In this document: one piece after another, positions 37,043 through 46,664 of the stretch | Layout: every line of letters starts with the position of its first letter | Numbering within the stretch: the stretch's first letter is position 1 | NCBI GenBank assembly: GCA_964607655.1 | Contig: CAZSKX010000004.1 | Coordinates: 1-56,488 of the forward strand | Reading direction: 5' to 3' | Source of the DNA: an uncultured Candidatus Saccharibacteria bacterium | GTDB taxonomy: Bacteria; Patescibacteriota; Minisyncoccia; Phycocordibacterales; Phycocordibacteraceae | DNA: 56,488 nucleotides | Notes under the pieces: generated by a model | Told to the model about the DNA's origin: nothing | Seen by the model: only the letters and a program-made list of their open reading frames with translations | Database searches by the model: none | Made by a program: the position numbers and the translations under genes

Positions 37043-37444
37043 ATGAACGACTGTATTTTTTGCAAAATTGTTTCCGGAGAGATTCCGGCGCATAAGGTGT
37101 ATGAGGACACGGAAGTCCTTGCCTTTCTAGATATACATCCTATACGCGAAGGCCATACGCTTGTCATACCGAAAAAACACGAGCCAGAATTCCAACATCT
37201 TGACGACGTTTCCTACGTTGAGGTTATGAGAGTGGCTAAAGCAATGGCTAGCAAAGTCGAATCAGTACTTAAACCCGCTCGAGTAGGGTTAGTGATTGCC
37301 GGTTGGGATGTGCCGCATGCACACATTCATGTGGTACCCATGCATGAACATCATGACCTCACGTCCAAGAGATTGTTAGACGGAACGCTCGGAGAGCCCT
37401 CGCAAGAAGAGTTAAAAGTTACGAGAGAAAAATTGGCATTCTAG
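37043..37444 (+). CDS. HIT-family nucleotide hydrolase/transferase
   Basis: CIFCKIVSGEIPA... and the histidine triad HAHIHVVP. Confidence 0.88.
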   Translation: MNDCIFCKIVSGEIPAHKVYEDTEVLAFLDIHPIREGHTLVIPKKHEPEFQHLDDVSYVEVMRVAKAMASKVESVLKPARVGLVIAGWDVPHAHIHVVPMHEHHDLTSKRLLDGTLGEPSQEELKVTREKLAF

Positions 37445-38589
37445 CCTAGTACCCTGATACCAGGGAGTGTGCCCTTTGCCAAAAATTCGAGCATGGCTCC
37501 CCCACCAGTCGAGACAAAGGAGAATTTAGAAAAGAGACCCAACTTCTCGATTGAGGCGATAGTGTCCCCGCCGCCTACGACAGAATGAGCGCCTGAGGCA
37601 GCAATGGCTCGTGCGAGATTGTCCGTAGCGTCAATAAAGCCGTGTTCATAGTTACCAAGCGGCCCATTCCATAAAATGCTCTTGGCGCCAAGGCAGAGCT
37701 TCGCGAGCAGGACACTTGTTGCAGGACCGTGGTCAACAAGGATTTCATCGCTTTTTACATCCTCAAGTGAGGTCACTCGAGCGTGGTCCAGGGCCGTCGG
37801 GTCGCCAAGCTTGGCGGCAGGAACGGCGATGGCGTCAACGGGTAGTACGAGCTTTGGATGTTGAAGCAGTCTCGAAATTTGATCAGTCTCTGCATCAGAA
37901 ATGAGTGATTGGCCCACCTGTCTCCCCTGTGCCTTAAAGAAGTCGTTAGCGAGCGCACCGCCTACAAACACATGATCATATGCCGCGAGCAGAGCCGTGA
38001 GGACGGGCTCTTTGGTGCTGAACTTCGCCCCGCCTATGATCGCAACGCTCGGCGAGGTGGGCGTAAGGGCCTGTGAGAGAGCGGCCACCTCCTCTTCGAC
38101 GATGAGGCCGGCATACGATGGCAGCAACGAAGGGACGCCTACGATCGAGGCGTGTGAGCGGTGGCAGGTGTCAAAGGAGTCTTCGACGAAGACGTCCGCA
38201 AGAGAGGCGAGTTCAGCGGCAAAGGCTGGATCGTTTGAAGTCTCCCCGGCGTTACGACGTAAGTTCTCTAGCACGAGAATATCACCAGGATACATCTCGC
38301 GGATTTTCTGCCGCACGCGCGGGCCGACCGTTTCTCCAAAAAACTTTACCCGATGCACCAACTTCCCCAGACTCGCTGCAACGGGCTCGAGTGTCTCCGT
38401 TCCCTTTTCGCCCAGGTGGCCCACGACGATCACGCGAGCGTGGCGTTCCTGAAGCAGTTTCAGTGTGGGCACCGCACGGCGTAGGCGATATGCGTTTGCT
38501 ACCGAGCCGTGGTCGGTCGGTACATTTAGTGCGCCGCGCACGAGAATGGGAACATTTTCATACGCACCGATGTCTCCAAGGAATTGCAT
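37441..38589 (-). CDS. pgk: Phosphoglycerate kinase
   Basis: VRGALNVP, VVGHLG and a C-terminal STGGGAMLEFL. Confidence 0.92.
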   Translation of the reverse strand: MQFLGDIGAYENVPILVRGALNVPTDHGSVANAYRLRRAVPTLKLLQERHARVIVVGHLGEKGTETLEPVAASLGKLVHRVKFFGETVGPRVRQKIREMYPGDILVLENLRRNAGETSNDPAFAAELASLADVFVEDSFDTCHRSHASIVGVPSLLPSYAGLIVEEEVAALSQALTPTSPSVAIIGGAKFSTKEPVLTALLAAYDHVFVGGALANDFFKAQGRQVGQSLISDAETDQISRLLQHPKLVLPVDAIAVPAAKLGDPTALDHARVTSLEDVKSDEILVDHGPATSVLLAKLCLGAKSILWNGPLGNYEHGFIDATDNLARAIAASGAHSVVGGGDTIASIEKLGLFSKFSFVSTGGGAMLEFLAKGTLPGIRVLG

Positions 38590-38590
38590 G

Positions 38591-39334
38591 TCACCCGAGC
38601 GCAGTTACTAAAGCCGAGAACGTTTCAGGGTCGACTGAGGCGTGGCCCACCAAGAAGCCATCGACTCCCGAGCCGCCCACGAGCCCTCGAACGTTTGCGG
38701 GCTCTACCGATCCTCCGTATAGGATGGGTAATTCTTGAGCACTCTTGCCGGGGAGAAATTCAGAAAGCACCTTACGGATATATCCAACCGTTTCATTCAA
38801 ATCGCGCACGTCGATGGCCATGGCAGCAGTCTTGTTGATCGCCCACAGCGGCTCGTAGGCAATGACGATGTTTTTGCGTTCGCGCAGAGAAAGGGGAGCA
38901 AATACACTGGTGATTTCTTGGCGCAGCGTGCTTAGATACCGCCCTTCCCCATCTCGAGTCTGTTCACCGATGCAAAGGATGGGCACGAGCCCGTGTGCGA
39001 GAGCGTGAGACACCTTCTCAGTCGCGATACTGTTGGTGTCGCCGAGCGCGCGACGCTCAGAATGCCCAACGATAGCGTAAGTGGCACCCACACTTGCGAA
39101 AGTGGAGGCGACATTTTCTCCCGTATGCGCTCCTCCGGTCGTTGCCGAGACGTCCTGAGCGGCAAAAGCGATCTTTGAGGCGTTGCCTACCGCGAGGGCG
39201 CCCAGTAGTGGAGCGGGAGGCGCGAGCACAATACGGAGCTTGCTTCGCAGTGTAAGACGTTTGCTGAGCGCGAAGAGGGCTTTCGCTCTTTTTAAATCGT
39301 CCACGTAGGCCTTCCAGTTTGCAACAATAAGCAT
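38591..39334 (-). CDS. tpiA: Triosephosphate isomerase
   Basis: MLIVANWKAY, VGHSERR, CIGE, YEPLWAI and YGGSV. The track ORF (to 39511) is a 5-prime over-extension into the upstream gene. Confidence 0.92.
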   Translation of the reverse strand: MLIVANWKAYVDDLKRAKALFALSKRLTLRSKLRIVLAPPAPLLGALAVGNASKIAFAAQDVSATTGGAHTGENVASTFASVGATYAIVGHSERRALGDTNSIATEKVSHALAHGLVPILCIGEQTRDGEGRYLSTLRQEITSVFAPLSLRERKNIVIAYEPLWAINKTAAMAIDVRDLNETVGYIRKVLSEFLPGKSAQELPILYGGSVEPANVRGLVGGSGVDGFLVGHASVDPETFSALVTALG

Positions 39335-39371
39335 AAAGGAAGTATACCTCAGCACTGCGACGGGGGGCTGA

Positions 39372-40598
39372 TTATTGGGTTTGCTGCCAGCTCGTGAAGA
39401 TCTTTGTGGCCGAAACGGTCGGCGTGTACGGAGGCGGATTATTGGAGTTTCCGGTGTCGACCGTGAGCGACCGGGTCTGATAGCCGGCAGCATTTCCACC
39501 AAAGCAACCATTAGCCCAGTTCGTAATTGGTGTATAGTTCGACACGATCGTTCCTAGTATGGTTAATGAACCACGGGGTTCATAGAGCCCGGTGCAACCT
39601 CCGCTTGGGCTGTAGTAGTTATTTCGCCCAAAGTAACCCGATACCGTCACAAAAATCCCATGCAAGGTCATGTCCATTGGGGAGTTTGCAGCAATCATGA
39701 CGTTGCGCTCGGCGATAACCGTGAGGCCGACAGAGCCGTCGGTGGTGGTGTAGGTTAGATCATTCCGTAACATAACATCAGCCCCAGACCCACTCCCGGC
39801 AAACTTTCCTACCACCACCGTCACCTTAGAGGCGACGACGCCTTCGAGCCAGGCGTTGCCTTCAACAAAGATAAGGCCACAGTCTACGGGGATAGTGTAC
39901 CCCTGGTAGAGACTTTCTTCGGCGATGAGAGAATAGTCCTTGCCATTTTTATTGGTGTCAACCATCTTAACGCTGTTAAGGGAAGTGGTGTTGGTGACGA
40001 GTCGTACGGTGAGTGTTCCGTCACCGCTGAAGATGAGGTGGTATCCATTGTGTGGATCCTCGGGTGCCTGGCGTGGGGGCAGATAAATGCCGCTTGCCTG
40101 AGCTGCAGTTCTGAGCGCGGCAAAGTCGGGAGTTATTTGACTAAAGCTGACACCATCAGGCGGGTTAGCGCTGGTGATCTGATTATACTGAGCGACAGAA
40201 GGCGAGCTGTAGGTGGCTTCTATCGTAGAAGGATATTCGGGGAATGCTATAGAAGACCCTTGGCTGCTGATGGTAACCGCCTGGGTTGCGCCACAAGCGC
40301 TACTGCCCTCGATGGAGAGCGTATAAGTCCCAAGCGGGTCTCCTGTCTGAGGGTCGTTGTAAGTAACGACGTAAGGGCCTACTTGGCCGGTGCCGTTCTC
40401 AAAGTCGGACGGGAAATGCGAGAGGAACCAGCCGTAGTAGTTAATGCCAGCCTCTGCGATCGAAAAAGACTGAGTTCGACCGAGGAGCATGTTTTGCATT
40501 CGGTTCTGGACAATAACAAACTGGATTGAGGCTGCCAAGATAATGAAAAAGATGGAGCCAAAGACGAGAACAAGGAGCATGATCGAGCCGCGTTTCAT
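39372..40598 (-). CDS. PilX-N-like large pilus-associated protein
   Basis: MKRGSIMLLVLVFGSIFFIIL anchor, then a 380-aa beta-rich ectodomain. There is a 4-nt overlap with the upstream pseudopilin gene. Confidence 0.6.
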   Translation of the reverse strand: MKRGSIMLLVLVFGSIFFIILAASIQFVIVQNRMQNMLLGRTQSFSIAEAGINYYGWFLSHFPSDFENGTGQVGPYVVTYNDPQTGDPLGTYTLSIEGSSACGATQAVTISSQGSSIAFPEYPSTIEATYSSPSVAQYNQITSANPPDGVSFSQITPDFAALRTAAQASGIYLPPRQAPEDPHNGYHLIFSGDGTLTVRLVTNTTSLNSVKMVDTNKNGKDYSLIAEESLYQGYTIPVDCGLIFVEGNAWLEGVVASKVTVVVGKFAGSGSGADVMLRNDLTYTTTDGSVGLTVIAERNVMIAANSPMDMTLHGIFVTVSGYFGRNNYYSPSGGCTGLYEPRGSLTILGTIVSNYTPITNWANGCFGGNAAGYQTRSLTVDTGNSNNPPPYTPTVSATKIFTSWQQTQ

Positions 40599-41155
40599 AG
40601 GTTGCTGTTACGGAGCGTGGCCGTGCCCGACAAGGTAAGTGGTGGGGGCGAGCGCTGGGCGTCAATATCAGTGACGAGGGTCATCGTTACTGATTTAATT
40701 AGATTAGTAGTTACGGGATCGGTAAGCTCCACCCCAGAAGCGTTGTAATACTGAAAGATTGGAGTTGAGGTGCTGTTGCGCACAAAGGCGGAGATGGTGG
40801 CACTGGTTTCACTTCCGGTAGATAAGGTCACGGTACGAGTGATCGTAGAGCCCGCGAGCACGTATGCTACGGTGTCGACCGCCCCGTCGTCATCCACATC
40901 AGCCCAGAAAGCGATCGATGAGGTTGCAGCCTCGGTGATTGGAGAGGACCCGTCACTCCCCTGCGACGCCTCGCGTAGATAGCGCACTGTATCCTCGATG
41001 CCACGTCGCGCCTCGAAAACCGCGCTCCCCTGCTGAAAGAGAAAAGCGTTCGTGCGATAAAAAGAAATGAGAACTGAGCCAAGGACACCCATAATAAGGC
41101 TCGTGAGCCCCACCACGACAAGAGTTTCTACTAAGGTAAGTCCAGCGTTCTTCAT
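40595..41155 (-). CDS. Type IV pilin-like (minor pilin/pseudopilin) protein
   Basis: Prepilin signal MKNAG/LTLVETLVVVGL, with Gly at -1 and Glu at +5. Confidence 0.75.
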   Translation of the reverse strand: MKNAGLTLVETLVVVGLTSLIMGVLGSVLISFYRTNAFLFQQGSAVFEARRGIEDTVRYLREASQGSDGSSPITEAATSSIAFWADVDDDGAVDTVAYVLAGSTITRTVTLSTGSETSATISAFVRNSTSTPIFQYYNASGVELTDPVTTNLIKSVTMTLVTDIDAQRSPPPLTLSGTATLRNSNL

Positions 41156-41604
41156 TGTTCAACCCCTTGGGGGATAAAATTCGAGACCAGTAGCACCGAC
41201 TGAGTTCTACCCTGAATGACGTAGGACACCGTAATGCGAGCGGCCTTATAATCCTCGGGTATGTTGTTTGAATCTTGAGGTCCGGTGCCATCGGCACCGT
41301 CGTCGATATAACTAATGTCGGTGCGTACGACATAGGTCCCTCCGCTGTCGGTGCTTGTCGCGACGGTGGGAATTGCTCCGCTAGGAGTGCCGCCGACGGT
41401 GCCGAGTGAGGCGTAAGGTAAGCTGCGGAGATATTCCATCTGCGAGGAGGCGAGCTGAGTGGCCACCGCCTTAGCTTTGGCTAGTTTTGAGAGCTCAAGA
41501 GCGACGCGTAACGCAGTGAAAAGTGCCATAAACACGATCACCATGAGGCTAACTCCGATGATCACGTCGATGAGCCCCATTCCGCGGAAATGATCGCGAC
41601 GCAT
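41152..41604 (-). CDS. Type IV pilin-like protein with an atypical leader
   Basis: MRRDHFRG/MGLIDVIIGVSLMVIV has Asp instead of Glu at +5 and a hydrophobic N-terminal helix. Confidence 0.65.
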   Translation of the reverse strand: MRRDHFRGMGLIDVIIGVSLMVIVFMALFTALRVALELSKLAKAKAVATQLASSQMEYLRSLPYASLGTVGGTPSGAIPTVATSTDSGGTYVVRTDISYIDDGADGTGPQDSNNIPEDYKAARITVSYVIQGRTQSVLLVSNFIPQGVEQ

Positions 41605-41640
41605 GAAAACAGTATAGCGCGTGTTCAGTATGTGTTGTGT

Positions 41641-42861
41641 CTAGAACGCAGAGGACAGGGAGTAGATAGGTGCGATCATCGAGACCGCAAAGACACCCAC
41701 GACACTGCCGATGAGAAGCATGAGAACCGGCTCGATAATAGTCGAGAGATCTTTGGTCTTTTGGTTCACGTCGTCTTCGTAGACCTCCGCAGCCTGCTTG
41801 AGCATACTGGCAACCTTTCCTGTTTCCTCGCCGACGATAAGCATCTCGCCCATAAGCACGGGGTACACGTGGGCGTGTTCCGTAAAGGCGGAGGAAAGGG
41901 CCTCCCCTTTTTTAACTCGATTTTCCGCATCCTCGATCACGTCGGCGAAGGGATGAGCCTTCACCACGTCCTTGGTGATAGCAAGTGCCTCGAGCACCGG
42001 GACACCAGCGGTAAGTAGCGATGAGAGGGTGCGCGCCGTGCGTGCGGCAAAGGTCTCCCGCACGAGCTCTCCGACGACGGGCAGCTTAAGACTCACGCGA
42101 ATGATGAGTGCGCTTCCCCACCTAGAGCGAATGAACCCGACAAGAAGTGCGGAGAGTACTATGAGTCCGCCTATCACCAGGAAGACGTGATTGACCATAA
42201 AATCAGAAATGCCAACGAAGACTTTTGTTGCGGCCGGTAACTCGACCTTCAAGTCCTTAAACGTTTGGGTAAGGGTCGGCACCACGTAGATCATCATCAG
42301 CACGCTCACGATGACGATCGCGACGACAATAATACTCGGATAGATAAGAGCGCCCTTAATTTTTCTCGTGAGTTCGTCGGAATGCTCCATCTGGAGCGCT
42401 ACAGTCAAGAGAGACTCGGCTAAAGACCCTGACTCTTCGCCGACGCGCACCATCGCTACCAAGATCTCGGGGAAGATGCTGGGATACTCGGCGAGCGCAG
42501 AGTGAAAGGGAGACCCCTTCTCGACCACGGCCGCCAGATGTGTGGCGACCTCCTTCAAGTGTTTGTTCTCAGTCTCTCGTTCGATCACGAGGAGAGCGCG
42601 AGATAACGAGAGGCCGGCGCTGAGCATCGTTGAGAGGTCCTTAGCCACGCGTGCCACTTCAGCGTGCTTGATACGCCCTTCGATAAACGTGTGGAGCCAC
42701 TCCGGAAGCTTTAGAGTAAACAACCCAGTTTTTTCCCGGAGCGCGATCACCGTTCCTCCCTCTTTTTCGATCGTCTCGTATACCGCAAAACGATTTGGGA
42801 CATCCATCGTGCGCACCTCATCTTCCTGCCCCTCTTTGTGGATCGTTACGAGAAATGCCAT
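41641..42861 (-). CDS. pilC: Type IV pilus platform protein PilC/GspF
   Basis: Duplicated T2SSF domains, three TM segments and 406 aa. Confidence 0.9.
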   Translation of the reverse strand: MAFLVTIHKEGQEDEVRTMDVPNRFAVYETIEKEGGTVIALREKTGLFTLKLPEWLHTFIEGRIKHAEVARVAKDLSTMLSAGLSLSRALLVIERETENKHLKEVATHLAAVVEKGSPFHSALAEYPSIFPEILVAMVRVGEESGSLAESLLTVALQMEHSDELTRKIKGALIYPSIIVVAIVIVSVLMMIYVVPTLTQTFKDLKVELPAATKVFVGISDFMVNHVFLVIGGLIVLSALLVGFIRSRWGSALIIRVSLKLPVVGELVRETFAARTARTLSSLLTAGVPVLEALAITKDVVKAHPFADVIEDAENRVKKGEALSSAFTEHAHVYPVLMGEMLIVGEETGKVASMLKQAAEVYEDDVNQKTKDLSTIIEPVLMLLIGSVVGVFAVSMIAPIYSLSSAF

Positions 42862-42863
42862 AG

Positions 42864-44612
42864 TTATTCGCTCACCGCGCGAAGCACTTCTTCAACTGAA
42901 GTGATACCTCGAGCCGATTTGTAGAGGCCGTCTTCAAACATCGTCAGCATCCCCTCCTTCCGGGCCTGTGCCTCGATAGCATCACTGGTTCCCGTGTGGA
43001 GGATCACGTCACGGATCGCTGAAGAAACCGTAAGCACTTCGTGGATACCAATACGACCTTTGTATCCGTCATCACTATCGCTTACCACCTTTGGTCGATA
43101 AAACGGAATGGCGTCGATACTTGTGTCAGCCTTTACCAACTGCTCATCCTTGAGGGTCTTAAGGGCGACGTCGAACTCGCTTTCGCTCGCCACTTTGGCA
43201 CGCGTAGTTGCGTCCATCAGATACTCCTCTTTCGTTTCGGAGAGTTGGCGTACCAGACGCTGTCCTATCACCGCGCGAATGGTGGAGACGAGGAGGAATG
43301 GCTCAATGCCCATGTCGACAAGACGTGGAATTGCACCAGCGGCGCTATTGGTGTGAATGGTGGAGAGTACGAGGTGGCCGGTGAGCGCCGCGTTGATCGC
43401 GAGTGAGGCGGTCTCGGCGTCACGGATCTCTCCCACCATGATGATGTCCGGGTCCTGGCGCACGAGCGAGCGTAGGCCGTTGGCGAATGTAAAGCCGATC
43501 TGAGGATTAACCTGTGCCTGGTTCACTCGCTTCATCTGATACTCGATCGGGTCTTCGATCGTGGCAATGTTTACGTCAGGAGTATTGAGAATATCGAGCA
43601 TCGTGTAGAGCGTGGTGGTCTTTCCGCTTCCGGTAGGGCCTGACATGAGGATGATGCCGGTCGTTTGCTTCAACACCTTGTGGACGCGTTCGAGGTCTTC
43701 GCCGTGAAGACCAAGTGCCTCGAGCGTGAAGCCCTGCCCTCCCTCGCGAAGAAGACGCATCACGATCTTCTCCCCGTAAAAAATCGGAAACGTTGAGACA
43801 CGGAAGGAGACCTGCTCGGCTTCAGTAGCCATCTTGAAACGCCCGTCTTGTGGGAGACGCTTCTCATCGAGCTTAAGGTTCGAAAGCACTTTGATACGCG
43901 CGACGATGCCCGCTGCAGCATTCTTGGGTAGGGTCATGGCGTCGTGCAGGAGGCCATCGATGCGATAACGGACCAGCACTTCTCCCTCCATCGGCTCGAT
44001 GTGGATATCTGAAGCGCTCTGTGTAACGGCGTGTCGTAGGAGCGTGTCGACGATACGCACGATCGGCAGGTCCTCGGCCATCTTCTGTAGATCGTCTTTT
44101 GAGACATCGGCGCTGTTCTCGTTTACGATACGGATCTTCCCTGCCTCGCTGCTGATGATGTCACCGAACTCATCCTTAAGGGACTTCTGGTACTGTACGA
44201 GCGCGTGTTTAATACTCTCGGTGTCGGTCAATCGTGAGAGGATCTTCAGCCCAGTCTTCTTACGTACCGAGTCGATCGAGGGCAGGTCTTCGACGTCGAG
44301 CATCGCGACCTCGAGGGCATCATTCTCCTTTTTGTACGCGATGATGTTGTGGGTGCGCGCGATAGGCTCAGGGATGAGCGAGAGAACATCAGGCGGAATT
44401 TTGAATTCCATGAGATTCACAAAAGGGATCCCGAACACGTAGGCCTGGATTCGACGAAGAGAGTCTTCAGTAAGCGCGCCGCGCGCGATGAGTGTCGAGG
44501 AGAGCGTCTGCCCTTTCTCCGCCGCTTCTGCGGCCGCAGCATCAATGTCCTTCTTTGCGACGAGCCCGGAGTCGACGATAAATGTTTTCAATTCCGCCTC
44601 GGATGCATGCAT
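42864..44612 (-). CDS. pilB: Type IV pilus assembly ATPase PilB/GspE
   Basis: T2SSE_N domain, Walker A SGPTGSGKTTT, IMVGEIRD and STIHTN. The ATG at 44612 is preferred because 44631-44662 is a hairpin. Confidence 0.9.
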   Translation of the reverse strand: MHASEAELKTFIVDSGLVAKKDIDAAAAEAAEKGQTLSSTLIARGALTEDSLRRIQAYVFGIPFVNLMEFKIPPDVLSLIPEPIARTHNIIAYKKENDALEVAMLDVEDLPSIDSVRKKTGLKILSRLTDTESIKHALVQYQKSLKDEFGDIISSEAGKIRIVNENSADVSKDDLQKMAEDLPIVRIVDTLLRHAVTQSASDIHIEPMEGEVLVRYRIDGLLHDAMTLPKNAAAGIVARIKVLSNLKLDEKRLPQDGRFKMATEAEQVSFRVSTFPIFYGEKIVMRLLREGGQGFTLEALGLHGEDLERVHKVLKQTTGIILMSGPTGSGKTTTLYTMLDILNTPDVNIATIEDPIEYQMKRVNQAQVNPQIGFTFANGLRSLVRQDPDIIMVGEIRDAETASLAINAALTGHLVLSTIHTNSAAGAIPRLVDMGIEPFLLVSTIRAVIGQRLVRQLSETKEEYLMDATTRAKVASESEFDVALKTLKDEQLVKADTSIDAIPFYRPKVVSDSDDGYKGRIGIHEVLTVSSAIRDVILHTGTSDAIEAQARKEGMLTMFEDGLYKSARGITSVEEVLRAVSE

Positions 44613-44630
44613 AGTATCTAAAGTATAACG

Positions 44631-44662
44631 CAACGGCGGCACCGTAAGAGGTGCCGCCGTTG
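44631..44662 (-). terminator. 13-bp stem hairpin between hup and pilB
   Basis: CAACGGCGGCACC-GTAAGA-GGTGCCGCCGTTG with no clear U-tract. It may act as an attenuator or partial terminator. Confidence 0.45.
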
Positions 44663-44680
44663 ATTGCGCTCTGTGAAAAG

Positions 44681-44953
44681 TTATTTCACCGCGTCCTTGA
44701 GTGCCTTTGCAGGGCGGAACTTCGCCGTGCGCGTTGCAGGAATGCGGATCGTTTCGCCCGTGCGAGGGTTGCGACCTTCGCGAGCCGGGCGAGCCTTCGT
44801 CGCGAAGATGCCGAGACCAGCAATCGAAACCTCGTCACCGCTCTTGAGAGCCTTCACAATTGAGTCAATGATCGTCTCGACAGCACGCTCGGCGTCAGCC
44901 TTGGTCGAGCCGAGTACGTTGTGTACCTTGTCGACAATTTCAGCTTTATTCAT
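44681..44953 (-). CDS. hup: HU-family DNA-binding protein
   Basis: MNKAEIVDKV...GLGIFATKARPAREGRNPRTGETIRIPA. Confidence 0.93.
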   Translation of the reverse strand: MNKAEIVDKVHNVLGSTKADAERAVETIIDSIVKALKSGDEVSIAGLGIFATKARPAREGRNPRTGETIRIPATRTAKFRPAKALKDAVK

Positions 44954-44974
44954 GAGTATCTACTAGAGTTAGTA

Positions 44975-45003
44975 ATCCCCGCGGGCGTTAAGCGAGGCGG
45001 GAT
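44975..45003. repeat. ATCCCCGC...GCGGGAT hairpin (element copy C)
   Basis: On the minus strand it ends GCGGGGATTA about 20 nt upstream of the hup ATG. It shares the AATCCCCGC arm with the copies at 46633 and 48920. Confidence 0.5.
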
Positions 45004-45073
45004 GAAAATAAGTATAAGTGGCGCCATTTTTTCCGCAAGGGAGTTGCCAATATGAGCTAAGTGGTGTGCAATG

Positions 45074-46603
45074 TCATCGTGCAAACTCGACGACGCGATT
45101 TTCGCGGATGATATTGACCTTAATTTCCCCAGGATACTTAAGCTCCGTTTGGATGCGCTTCGCGACATCTCGAGCAAGTTTGTGCATCGCGAGATCAGAA
45201 ACCTTGCCCGGGTTAACAAATACACGGATTTCGCGTCCGGCGGCGATGGCGTAGACCTTCTCTACTCCTTCAAACTGCCCAGCAACGCGCTCGAGGTCAG
45301 TGAGGCGCTCGAGATAGCGATCGATAGTGTCGCGGCGAGCGCCCGGCCGGCCGGCAGAAATCGAGTCTGCCACCTGGACCAGTACCGATTCAGGGGTTTC
45401 ATACGGAAACTCTTCATGATGCGACTGCATCGCTTGGATGATGCGTCGGTCGACACCGTACTTCTCGAGAATGCGACGACCAATTTCGACATGCGTACCC
45501 TCTACCTCGTGGTCCACGGCCTTGCCAATGTCATGGAGCAGTGCGCCTGCGCGTGCGACTGCAGGGTCAGCGCCGAGCTCTGTGGCGAGCATGCCAGCAA
45601 TGTGCGCCATTTCAATAGAGTGTTGGAGAACGTTCTGGCCATAGCTTGTGCGGAAGTAGAGCCTGCCGAGGAGGGCTGTCAGCTTCGGGTCGAGACCGAT
45701 CACGCCGGTCTCGTAAGCTGCAGCCTCGCCTTTCTCGCGCATGAGCTCGGCGACCTCGCTCCTCGTCTTCTCGACGATTTCTTCAATCTTTGCCGGCTGG
45801 ATGCGACCGTCAGCGATCAGTTTATCGAGTGCGATCTTGGCGATATGCCGACGAAGTGGGTCAAATGACGAGAGGCCGATCCGATCCGGCACGTCGTCGA
45901 TCAAGACATCGACACCTGTCGCTTTCTCGAAGGCTTTAATGTTGCGTCCTTCCTTACCGATAATCTTCCCTTTCACCTCATCTGAGGGGAGGGTGACGGT
46001 GAGTGTGGTCGTCTCAGCGTTTACGGCATTACCCAGGCGATGAATGATACTCGTGAGAATTGTGCGTGCTTTATTTTCGAGCATGGCGCGACCGTGCGCC
46101 TCAAGCTTTTGCATTCGTAGGAGTAAGGATTCTTCGTACGCGCGTTCGACGTCGCTGAAGAGCTCCTCCTTAGCCTGTGCCTCGGTAAAGTGGGCGACCT
46201 TTGAGAGTTCTCGCGTGCGATCTTTAAGCAGGGTCTCAAATTGACCCTTCAAGCGTTCGGCTTCTATCTCGCGTGCGCGAACTTCGTCTTCCTTCTCGTC
46301 GAGATCGCGTTGGCGCGAGTCGAGAAACTCCTCTCGGGTATCAAGACGCTCTTCCTTGCTCTCGAGCTTGTTTTCGCGTTCTTCGATGGGCGCGAGACGC
46401 TCGGTCTCGAACACTTCGGCGCGGTACTCTGCTTCGGTGATAATCTTTGCCGCTTCTTCCTTGGCCTGGAGGAGCTTCTGCTTTACCTCGAGTTCGACTG
46501 AGCCGCGTGAGGCAAGGCCGATAAGTACGCGCAGCACATAGCCTAAAATCACGCCTCCGAGCCCTGAAAGCGCAAGCATGATGAGAATAATCTGAAGCGA
46601 CAT
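45074..46603 (-). CDS. rny: Ribonuclease Y
   Basis: N-terminal TM, coiled coil, KH domain (GKIIGKEGRNI) and HD domain (LLHDIGKA). Confidence 0.93.
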   Translation of the reverse strand: MSLQIILIMLALSGLGGVILGYVLRVLIGLASRGSVELEVKQKLLQAKEEAAKIITEAEYRAEVFETERLAPIEERENKLESKEERLDTREEFLDSRQRDLDEKEDEVRAREIEAERLKGQFETLLKDRTRELSKVAHFTEAQAKEELFSDVERAYEESLLLRMQKLEAHGRAMLENKARTILTSIIHRLGNAVNAETTTLTVTLPSDEVKGKIIGKEGRNIKAFEKATGVDVLIDDVPDRIGLSSFDPLRRHIAKIALDKLIADGRIQPAKIEEIVEKTRSEVAELMREKGEAAAYETGVIGLDPKLTALLGRLYFRTSYGQNVLQHSIEMAHIAGMLATELGADPAVARAGALLHDIGKAVDHEVEGTHVEIGRRILEKYGVDRRIIQAMQSHHEEFPYETPESVLVQVADSISAGRPGARRDTIDRYLERLTDLERVAGQFEGVEKVYAIAAGREIRVFVNPGKVSDLAMHKLARDVAKRIQTELKYPGEIKVNIIRENRVVEFAR

Positions 46604-46632
46604 AGTCTGTTCGTGAGCCCGTACGGTACCAC

Positions 46633-46655
46633 AAATCCCCGCCCGGCGCATGCCG
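46633..46655. repeat. 23-nt repeat AAATCCCCGCCCGGCGCATGCCG (element copy A)
   Basis: Matches 48920-48942 at 22 of 23 positions. It lies about 29 nt upstream of the rny ATG on the minus strand. Confidence 0.6.
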
Positions 46656-46664
46656 CGCAGAAAC

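Noticed and set aside
38591-39511. 306-aa version of the tpiA ORF, and similar 5-prime extensions (6238-6696, 12994, 20342-21481, 44642, 46651, 48921, 52571, 54570, 27956, 31325)
   Set aside because: The extensions are Arg/Pro-rich, overlap neighbouring genes, tRNAs or hairpins, and precede canonical N-termini. Internal ATG or GTG starts were chosen instead.
45071-45868. 265-aa plus-strand ORF
   Set aside because: It is entirely antisense to the well-supported RNase Y gene (KH and HD motifs on the minus strand). It has no SD and an unnatural composition, so it is a shadow ORF of GC-rich coding sequence.
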